NCBI GenBank assembly: GCA_965279525.1
Contig: CBDIIB010000001.1
Coordinates: 1-17,252, forward strand
Direction: 5' to 3'
Origin: Tagaea sp.
GTDB taxonomy: Bacteria > Pseudomonadota > Alphaproteobacteria > CACIAM-22H2
Length of the DNA: 17,252 bases
Shown here: positions 1 through 6,880 of the stretch, piece after piece
Position numbering within the stretch: the stretch's first letter is position 1
Layout of the letters: the number at the start of each line of letters is the position of its first letter
Notes under the pieces: model-generated
Databases searched by the model: none
The model's input: the letters and a program-made list of their open reading frames with translations, nothing else
Told to the model about the DNA's origin: nothing
Position numbers and translations under genes: made by a program

Positions 1-210
1 CAGGCTATCGAGAAGCGCGTTGCGCAGGAGCTGACCGGACCGGTCGGGAATCGGGGCAACACGGATCGCGGCAAGTTCGTCGGAAACCGGACTGGTGCCT
101 GACGACCGGCCGAGCAGCGGCTGGAATCCGCACCCGGCCGCACCGAACACGACGGCCGCCAGCACAAGCGCGATCCGTACTGACGCGGGCATCAAGATTT
201 TCCGTCCCAT
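1..210 (-). CDS. lptE: LPS-assembly lipoprotein LptE-like protein, N-terminal part (runs off the left edge)
   Basis: Not in the ORF track. Manual translation from ATG 210 gives MGRKILMPASVRIALVLAAVVFGAAGCGFQPLLGRSSGTSPVSDELAAIRVAPIPDRSGQLLRNALLDSL. It has a signal peptide with lipobox AAG-C (Cys codon 132-130), followed by CGFQPL and IPDRxGQxLRNAL, typical of alphaproteobacterial LptE. AAGGA lies about 10 nt upstream of ATG 210. Alternative in-frame ATG at 192. Confidence 0.75.
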   Translation of the reverse strand, partial: MGRKILMPASVRIALVLAAVVFGAAGCGFQPLLGRSSGTSPVSDELAAIRVAPIPDRSGQLLRNALLDSL

Positions 211-334
211 CGATGAGCTGTCCTTGGAGTTACGTGACCCGATACGGAGCCGGTAGAAGATGACGGCACGACCGGAGACTTCACGATACCTTGAATGGCC
301 GCAGACCTGAAGTCCGGCAATTCGGGCAAGTCGC

Positions 335-1189
335 TCAGCCCTTGATCGTGGCAACCACCTTCTGGAGTCGAAGGAGAGGGCGCCGCGGATTCAATCGGTA
401 GTCGATATATGTGACTTCGATCGACGATGCGCGATCCTTGAGGTAGTGGCGATAGTCATGGCCCCACATCCCGGAAGCCAGATGGATGGAACGTCCAGGA
501 TACTTTTCGGGATGGTAGATCTGGCTCATCGGGTCAACGACGAGGAGTTCACGGACACCGGATGTCGTCAGTGCCGTTATGTACCGAACGAGCTCCCTCG
601 GAGGCATGACGGCAAATGTCGCATTTGCAAAGGCAATCTGCGCTTCAATCGCGCCGGATTCGAGAAGATCGAGCGCATACCCTCCGACAAACCGGATATT
701 GGGGGCACGATGGCTGCGCTCCGCATGGCTCACGGATAGATCGATTCCCACGAATTCGACATCCGCGTGCCGGGACGCGATGTAAGAGAGCAACCTGCCG
801 TTTCCGGTACCGATCTCGATGACTCGCAGCGGGTTCGAATTCCCGTTCCGTCGGCGATCGATCGCCTTGTCGATATCGTCAAGTGCAAGTGCCTGGATCT
901 GGTCGCCGAGCGGAAGATGCTGGTCGCCGTGGCGCAGTGTCTCCGTTCCCCATCCGCCCAGATCGTCGCCGGAGTAGGTCCGGACTGCATAGTCGGTTAT
1001 CGAGTCGCGCTCCCGATCGAGCAAGAATTCCGCATGATACCGGACCGGCTTCACCACCCATCTGTGGGCCAGAAACCGTCGCGCAATGGTCGATAGCAGC
1101 CCGTCCGCCTGCGCCAGGAAGTGGAACCGGAAGGGCCCGACTATCGCAAGCAGGATCGCGCCCAGAATGATCTCCAGCCGCAACTTCAT
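335..1189 (-). CDS. Class I SAM-dependent methyltransferase with hydrophobic N-terminus
   Basis: 284 aa. Motif I VIEIGTGNG, followed by FVGIDLS and NIRFVGG. N-terminal hydrophobic stretch IILGAILLAIVG. Confidence 0.8.
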   Translation of the reverse strand: MKLRLEIILGAILLAIVGPFRFHFLAQADGLLSTIARRFLAHRWVVKPVRYHAEFLLDRERDSITDYAVRTYSGDDLGGWGTETLRHGDQHLPLGDQIQALALDDIDKAIDRRRNGNSNPLRVIEIGTGNGRLLSYIASRHADVEFVGIDLSVSHAERSHRAPNIRFVGGYALDLLESGAIEAQIAFANATFAVMPPRELVRYITALTTSGVRELLVVDPMSQIYHPEKYPGRSIHLASGMWGHDYRHYLKDRASSIEVTYIDYRLNPRRPLLRLQKVVATIKG

Positions 1190-1229
1190 CTCTGTGTCCC
1201 GAGTGGATTCGGATTCATTGCCGGCGACC

Positions 1230-2078
1230 TCAACGGTCCGCGGGATGGCGTGGGGACGCCTTCAGGCGGTGCAGCAAGAGGAAGAATCGGTTGAAGAGCC
1301 GGTCGGGCATGACGGCTTGCGCCACAAGAAGGATCCATACCCCGGCCAACGCGTGCGTCGATGGTTGCCGCCGCCAGATTCGCCAGAGCCGCCACAGCGA
1401 CGGAAGCGCGTACAGATCCGGATGCTTGTGCCGAATGCTCCGCCATATCCTGGCGTGCCGAAGCTGGGAGACGCTTTGGAGCATGCCGGTCGCAAGCCGG
1501 CGATAGCGGAACAGCGGGAGCGGCACCAACACACCTTGCACGCCGGCCTTCGATATCCGCAGGTTGAACTCCCAGTCTTCGTATCCATCCCGCATCGCCT
1601 CGTCGTAGCCCCCGGCCAGCGTCCATACGGAACGGCGCATCAGCATGCAGTAAGGAAGCTGGTTCGTAGCCAACTGTTCGAAGAAGTTCCACGTCTTGAA
1701 TACCCGCCCGTGTTCGTCTCCGAATACGGATATCTGCGTATAGGCGTATCCGGCCGTACTCTGCTCCAGTTCCGCAAGGCACAGCTCCAGCATGCGCGGC
1801 TCGATCCGATCGTCGGCGTCGAGCGGAAGGACGAACTCTCCGCGAGCAGCGGCGAAACCGGCATTCCGTGCGGCTGAAAGCCCGCGATTGTCCTGCCTGA
1901 CCAGACGAACGTCGCCAGGCATCGCGTTCAGGAAAGCCACCGTCTCGGGTGCATTCGAGCCGTCGTCAACGACGATGATCTCGAAGTCCCGGAACGACTG
2001 CACACGCACGCTCTCGATCGTCTCGGCCAGATAGCGATGCGAGTTGTAGCAGGGGATGACGACACTGATCCGGGGCAT
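1230..2078 (-). CDS. Glycosyltransferase family 2 (GT-A fold)
   Basis: 282 aa. Motifs ISVVIPCYN, IIVVDDGS, NRGLSAARNAG, DxD in LDADD, and YEDWEF. Hydrophobic/amphipathic C-terminus. Confidence 0.93.
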   Translation of the reverse strand: MPRISVVIPCYNSHRYLAETIESVRVQSFRDFEIIVVDDGSNAPETVAFLNAMPGDVRLVRQDNRGLSAARNAGFAAARGEFVLPLDADDRIEPRMLELCLAELEQSTAGYAYTQISVFGDEHGRVFKTWNFFEQLATNQLPYCMLMRRSVWTLAGGYDEAMRDGYEDWEFNLRISKAGVQGVLVPLPLFRYRRLATGMLQSVSQLRHARIWRSIRHKHPDLYALPSLWRLWRIWRRQPSTHALAGVWILLVAQAVMPDRLFNRFFLLLHRLKASPRHPADR

Positions 2079-2082
2079 CGGA

Positions 2083-2844
2083 TCAGGTCCGTTCCGGCCG
2101 GCAGTCGGCCCAGATCTCGCCCCAGACGGTGCGGCGCTCTACGACGGTGAGCCCCGCCGCCGAGATTTCCGCGTCGAACTCGACAAGCGTGTGTTCGATG
2201 AAATGCTCGGGATCCGACATCCAGTTGGCGCCGATCTCGCGCCGCATCGCCATCTTCCAGTCGCGCTCGAACAGCGGCACCCGGATCAGGATCCGGTCGG
2301 GCCGAGCGGTCGCGACGAGGCCGCGCAGGAAGTCGACGCGCGCCTCGAGATGCTCGAGCACGTTCGACAGCACGACGACGTTCCATGGCCCCGGTGGCAG
2401 TGCCACGGTTGCGTCGGCGCGCGCGAAGGAAAGGTTGGGCGGGTTCGCGGCAGCACGCGCTGCGGCAAGGCGGCCTTCGTCGAGCTCGACGCCGAGAACG
2501 TCGCAGGCCGCACGCGCATGCGCGATCGAGCGTGCCACCGCGCCGTAGCCGCAGCCGACATCGAGCACGCGTGCCCCGTCGGGGATGCGTTCGACGAAGA
2601 AGTCGTGATAGCGCGTGAGCCGATGCTTGGGATGCTCGCCGCCGCCGAAGGCCGTCGCGCGCTCGTTGATCGCGAGTTCCAGGGTGTCCTGGATCGCGAA
2701 GAGATTTCGCAGGCCTTCGGCCGGACCGCCGGCACGCCCTTCCAGGACGAACAGTCCAAGCGCGAAACGGCGACGCAGGCCCGTCGGCAGAAAGCGCCAA
2801 AGCGCGGCTAGCAAGCCTGCAACGCGGAACAGCAATGCCTTCAT
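2083..2844 (-). CDS. Class I SAM-dependent methyltransferase
   Basis: 253 aa. Motifs VLDVGCGYG, LGVELD and LSNVLEHL. ATG overlaps the stop of the upstream GT (ATGA at 2844-2841). Confidence 0.88.
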   Translation of the reverse strand: MKALLFRVAGLLAALWRFLPTGLRRRFALGLFVLEGRAGGPAEGLRNLFAIQDTLELAINERATAFGGGEHPKHRLTRYHDFFVERIPDGARVLDVGCGYGAVARSIAHARAACDVLGVELDEGRLAAARAAANPPNLSFARADATVALPPGPWNVVVLSNVLEHLEARVDFLRGLVATARPDRILIRVPLFERDWKMAMRREIGANWMSDPEHFIEHTLVEFDAEISAAGLTVVERRTVWGEIWADCRPERT

Positions 2845-3938
2845 CGCGTGAGATCCTCGAACACCGCGCGGTGGCGTGCGACCCAGTGCGCGATGTCGAA
2901 ACGCTCGACGGCGCGCGCGCGCGCGCGCGCGCCGAGCACGGCCCGGTCGTTCGCGGCGCGCAGCATGGCGTCGGCCAGAGCGTCGGGATCGGGGACCTGC
3001 GGCACGTCCCAGGACTCCTGGACGTCGACACCGATGCCCGCTTCACCGACCAGTTCGGGCACGCCGCCGCTGACCGAGTAGACGACAGGCAGGCCGCAGG
3101 CCATCGCCTCGATCACGGCGTTCGGGCACGCATCGTTGTGCTTGGTCGAAACGTAGACATGCGCCGACCGGTAGATGCCGGGCGCCTCGACTTGAGTGTA
3201 CCGGCCGGCCATCTCGACGCGCCCGGCGATCCCGAGGCGGCCCGCGAGCGACCGGACGCGCGCGTCTACGACAGGTGGCGACCAGCCGACGAGCCGAAGC
3301 CGTGCGTCGAGGCCGCGCGCGACGACCGCCGCGAAGCTCACAAGCGCGCTCTCGATCCGGTAGAACAGGTGCGCGTCCATCTTTCCCGTCAACAGGAACA
3401 CGACGGGGCCTTCCGGTGCGCGCTCGGGCGGCGTGAAGCGGCCCGTGTCGATCGCATTGTGCAGGATCTCGCCACTTCCCTGCCGCCGGCCAAGGAACTC
3501 GTCCGCCGCACGACGGCAGAACTCGCTCTGCCAGAAGACGTGTTCCGCCCGCATGTAGGTACGTGCCATGCGCGCGTTGCCGGCCTTCCAGTCGCCCTCG
3601 AACCAGGCGGGGTAGAAGACGCCGTTCTGGTTGTGGACGATCGGGGTTCGCCGCGCCGCCAGCACGGCGAGCGCGAGCCCAGGCAGGTACGGCGCGTTCG
3701 AAAGGCAATAGACCAGATTGTAGTTCCAGAGATGCTGGGGGAAGTACCGCGTCAACCGGCTTACCTTGACCAGCGGACCGCCGACATCGCCTGCGAGCGC
3801 GCCGCCATAAAAAACGCGCGGCGCGCCCCTGCCACCGGACGTGAAAGCCGACGCAAGGGCATGCGCGCCCAGTGCCGTCGCGTAGCCCAACGCCAGTAGC
3901 TTCTTCGGTGCCGAGATGCTTCGCTTCTCGTCCGTCAT
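2841..3938 (-). CDS. Glycosyltransferase family 4 (GT-B fold)
   Basis: 365 aa from MTDEKRS (ATG 3938, ATGA overlap with the upstream MT stop). The longer 564-aa track ORF overlaps the MT gene. Motifs ILHNAIDTGRF and DACPNAVIEAMACGLPVV (D-X7-E). Confidence 0.9.
   Translation of the reverse strand: MTDEKRSISAPKKLLALGYATALGAHALASAFTSGGRGAPRVFYGGALAGDVGGPLVKVSRLTRYFPQHLWNYNLVYCLSNAPYLPGLALAVLAARRTPIVHNQNGVFYPAWFEGDWKAGNARMARTYMRAEHVFWQSEFCRRAADEFLGRRQGSGEILHNAIDTGRFTPPERAPEGPVVFLLTGKMDAHLFYRIESALVSFAAVVARGLDARLRLVGWSPPVVDARVRSLAGRLGIAGRVEMAGRYTQVEAPGIYRSAHVYVSTKHNDACPNAVIEAMACGLPVVYSVSGGVPELVGEAGIGVDVQESWDVPQVPDPDALADAMLRAANDRAVLGARARARAVERFDIAHWVARHRAVFEDLTR
2911..2932. repeat. (GC)11 dinucleotide tract inside the GT4 coding sequence
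   Basis: 22 nt of perfectly alternating GC, encoding ARARARA near the GT4 C-terminus. Confidence 0.9.
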
Positions 3939-4738
3939 CGCGTCTCGGGTCGGCGCGCGACAGCCATCACGTTGTGGCCGATGAGCCCCGCCCACAGGAA
4001 GGGGGCGATGCCGGCGGCGAGATAGCGGGTGATCTTCAGGTCCCAGTGCAGGCCGAAATTGACCGACAGGAAGCGGATCACGCCCTGGCGCTTGGAGATC
4101 GCGCGGACATCGAGGACTTCGAATCCGTTGCGGGCGAGCGCGTCCCGCAGTTCGCCGCGCGTGAACCGCCATTGGTAGAACCGGGATGTGTCGCCGTCCG
4201 GTCCGCCGAGACGGCGGCCTGCGAACGCCGCCGAGAAGGCATGGCGCAGATTGTCGAACGGTATGCGCACGAACAGATATCCGCCGGGCCGCAGGATCCG
4301 CATTGCTTCGCGGATGCAGCCATCCAATCCGTCTTCGAAATGCTCGAACGTGCCCCACGAAAAATATCCGTCGAACGACTCGTCCGGCAGCCCGGTCGCG
4401 CGGATATCGCCGACATGGAACTCCTGGTCGGGAAATACCTTCTGCAGCTGCGCGATCGTCTCGACCGACAGGTCGAGACCCACCGTCGGATATCCGAGTC
4501 GCGTCATGAAAGCCGTCCATTCGCCCAGCCCGCAACCGCCATCGAGCAGGCGCGCACCTGCCGGCAGCCGCTTCAGGAACGGCGACATGAGACGGTATTC
4601 CTCCTGACGGGGTACGCGCCGCGTCACGCCGTTAGGCCCGCCCATCCGGCGCCAGACATCGGTCCAGTAGTTCGCCACGAATGCCACTTCGTCCCGGGCG
4701 GCGTTCTCGGCCGTAACGGCCATATAGTCCTTGCGCAT
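3935..4738 (-). CDS. Class I SAM-dependent methyltransferase
   Basis: 267 aa. Motifs LLDGGCGLG, VGLDLS, FDGYFSWGTFEH and RILRPGGYLF. AGGAG about 12 nt upstream of the ATG. Confidence 0.9.
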   Translation of the reverse strand: MRKDYMAVTAENAARDEVAFVANYWTDVWRRMGGPNGVTRRVPRQEEYRLMSPFLKRLPAGARLLDGGCGLGEWTAFMTRLGYPTVGLDLSVETIAQLQKVFPDQEFHVGDIRATGLPDESFDGYFSWGTFEHFEDGLDGCIREAMRILRPGGYLFVRIPFDNLRHAFSAAFAGRRLGGPDGDTSRFYQWRFTRGELRDALARNGFEVLDVRAISKRQGVIRFLSVNFGLHWDLKITRYLAAGIAPFLWAGLIGHNVMAVARRPETR

Positions 4739-4808
4739 CGAAGGGACGTCTCCTGCAGTCGGTCGCCGACCCGCGACCTAGCGGTTAATCCGACAGAACG
4801 GGAATAGG

Positions 4809-4825
4809 GTCAAGTAACACTTGAC
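4809..4825. promoter_or_regulatory. Perfect inverted repeat GTCAAGT-AAC-ACTTGAC in the divergent intergenic region (back-to-back TTGAC elements, possible operator)
   Basis: 7-bp arms with a 3-nt spacer in the 168-bp gap between the divergent starts at 4738 and 4907. The repeat is seen directly; its function is inferred. Confidence 0.55.
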
Positions 4826-4848
4826 GAAATCGGCTTACGTCGTATACG
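4821..4848 (+). promoter_or_regulatory. Putative sigma70 promoter for the plus-strand cassette
   Basis: TTGACG (4821-4826), 16-nt spacer, TATACG (4843-4848). This fits alphaproteobacterial RpoD promoters, which often lack the last T of the -10 box. GGGAG precedes ATG 4907. Confidence 0.55.
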
Positions 4849-4906
4849 CCACGGCGTTTCCGTCGGCACCGGGTTCGGCGGTCGACCCAGCATATCCGGG
4901 AGCGCG

Positions 4907-5911
4907 ATGCCAACCATCGACCTTACCGGCCGGACCGTCGCCGTGACTGGCGGCGCCGGCCTGATCGGCTCCTTCCTCGTCGAAGACCTTCTCGCCCGGG
5001 GCGCGCGGGTGGTCGTCATCGACGATTTCTCGACCGGCCTGCACGCGCATCTCGCGGACATGGCGGATCGCATCGAGTTGCGCGAAGGCGATCTCGAACG
5101 CCCGGGCGTGGCGCTCGAAACTCTTGCCGGCGCCGAGATCGTGTTCCATCTCGCGAGCCGCGCCTTCGGCGTCGGCTACGGCGCCAGTCGGCATCTCGAG
5201 ATCTGCCTGCACAACGAGCGGGTGACGAACAACGTCGTCGAGGCCCTCGCCCGGCACCGGCCGGCATTCGCATTGGCGGTCTCCTCGTCCTGCGTGCATC
5301 GCGACGACGGACCGGACACCTTCCCCGAACTTCCGGTCTACGACGGCGCCCCCGAGCGCGTGAACAGCGGCTACGGATGGGCGAAGCGATTCCTCGAGAC
5401 GAAGTTCACGATGCTGGCCGAGAGCACCGGCATCGGCGTTGCGATCGCGCGCCCGGTCAACATCTACGGCGAGCGCTACCGCTGGCGCGGCGCCAACAGC
5501 CAGGCGATCCCCATGCTTGTCCACAAGGTGATGAGCGGCATGAATCCGGTCGTGATCTGGGGCAGCGGCAAGCAACGGCGCAACTACCTCCACGCCTCGG
5601 ACTGCGCGCGACTGCTGCGCCGGCTGGTCGAAGCGGGGGCCGCAGGCCAGACCGTCAATGTCGGCCTCGAGGAGACCGTGACGATGGCTGAACTCGTTGC
5701 GACAATCACCGACGTGACCGGGAGCCTGGCAAAGACCGTGCTCGATACGACGAAACCCGAGGGCCGTTTCGTGAAGTCGGCGGACTCGACCCGGCTGCGC
5801 GCGTTGCTCGGCGCGGTCGAGCCGGAGATCGGACTTCGGGAAGGCATCTCGCGCATGGCAGACTGGTTCCGCGCACTGCCGGAAATCGACCGGAAGAGCA
5901 CGGTGGCCTGA
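4907..5911 (+). CDS. NAD-dependent epimerase/dehydratase (extended SDR), GDP-fucose synthase / GDP-mannose 3,5-epimerase-like
   Basis: 334 aa. Motifs TGGAGLIG, IDDFSTG, SSSCV, YGWAK (YxxxK), RPVNIYG and VIWGSGKQRRNYLH. Confidence 0.88.
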   Translation: MPTIDLTGRTVAVTGGAGLIGSFLVEDLLARGARVVVIDDFSTGLHAHLADMADRIELREGDLERPGVALETLAGAEIVFHLASRAFGVGYGASRHLEICLHNERVTNNVVEALARHRPAFALAVSSSCVHRDDGPDTFPELPVYDGAPERVNSGYGWAKRFLETKFTMLAESTGIGVAIARPVNIYGERYRWRGANSQAIPMLVHKVMSGMNPVVIWGSGKQRRNYLHASDCARLLRRLVEAGAAGQTVNVGLEETVTMAELVATITDVTGSLAKTVLDTTKPEGRFVKSADSTRLRALLGAVEPEIGLREGISRMADWFRALPEIDRKSTVA

Positions 5912-6023
5912 GGAGTCCGGACTCGGCCGCGCAGGCGGAGCCGGCCGTCCGATCCTTTACCCCGGCCATCGATCTGGATAACCTGAAATACTGGTCCTGC
6001 TGCCAGATGGAACCCTGTCTGCG

Positions 6024-6875
6024 ATGAAGATTTCGACGCTTAAGTTCGGCACCGCCAGCATTCGCGACCTTGTCGGGCTTGTCCGCGACGAAGGCATCTG
6101 CATCGTCGAGGACATTGTCCGGCCGGACGCGCTCGCGGCACTGTCCGCAGAACTCGGGCGGATCGATTCGCAGCGGACCGAGTGGATGCGGCATCACGCG
6201 ACGTCGTCCGGCTATTTCATGAGCTGTTCGCCGGTCAAGGTCCGGCACGTCGCTTCCACCGTGCCCGCGATCGCGGAACTCCTCCGCCAGCCGTTTCTTG
6301 CGGATGTCGCCCGACGCTATCTTGGCGCCGGCTGGTATCTCGAGACCGTCGTCGCCGACTTCAAGCTCCCGAACGTCCAGCCGATCACGGCGTGGCACAG
6401 CGACGATCCCGCCGGTCTGCGCGGGATATGCCTGAAGTTCATGTTCTACCTGAACGACGTGTCGGCGCAGAACGGCGCCTTTGCCTTCGTCCCGAAATCG
6501 CATCGTCTGATCGGCCGGCTGGCACGCGCGATCGGCAGCTCCGCGACTTCGCAGGACGCACTTTACGACTATTCCGACATGCGCAAGACGGCGATGAAAA
6601 TCGGCGCCTTCGACGCGGTGCTGCAGGAGTCCGAGTTCCGGGTCATGGATGAAGCGATCACCGGAGCAGCCGCCGACGCGTACAGCGTGGCGGCGAAGGC
6701 GGGATCGGTCGTCGTCTTCGACTCCAACGGCGTCCATCGGGGCGGCATCGTTTCGCACGGAACACGGTCGATATTGCGCGCGCACTACCGAGACTTCCGG
6801 CCGAGCGTCCACCTGTCGTCGCTGCGGAGCGCCTACAACTACGCACGGCAATTCGCCGCCCGCCGGCTCGCCTAG
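6024..6875 (+). CDS. PhyH-family Fe(II)/2-oxoglutarate-dependent dioxygenase
   Basis: 283 aa. Motifs DEGICIVEDI, WHSD (H125-x-D127), YLNDVSAQNGAFAFVPKSH, AGSVVVFDSNGVHRG (H238) and R248 as the probable 2OG ligand. Confidence 0.85.
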   Translation: MKISTLKFGTASIRDLVGLVRDEGICIVEDIVRPDALAALSAELGRIDSQRTEWMRHHATSSGYFMSCSPVKVRHVASTVPAIAELLRQPFLADVARRYLGAGWYLETVVADFKLPNVQPITAWHSDDPAGLRGICLKFMFYLNDVSAQNGAFAFVPKSHRLIGRLARAIGSSATSQDALYDYSDMRKTAMKIGAFDAVLQESEFRVMDEAITGAAADAYSVAAKAGSVVVFDSNGVHRGGIVSHGTRSILRAHYRDFRPSVHLSSLRSAYNYARQFAARRLA

Positions 6876-6880
6876 CGCGA

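Noticed and set aside
272-317. Imperfect inverted repeat (GACTTCA...TGAAGTC) upstream of lptE
   Set aside because: Short arms, a long loop and no U-tract make it compatible with chance.
335-1189. Possible CmoA (carboxy-SAM synthase) identity from NATFAVMPPRE resembling CmoA NFTLQFLEPSE
   Set aside because: The resemblance is limited to a generic methyltransferase region, and the CmoA DLGCS motif is absent.
5913-5924. 12-bp palindrome GAGTCCGGACTC just after the SDR stop
   Set aside because: It has no loop or U-tract and no second copy was seen, so it cannot be supported as a terminator or operator.
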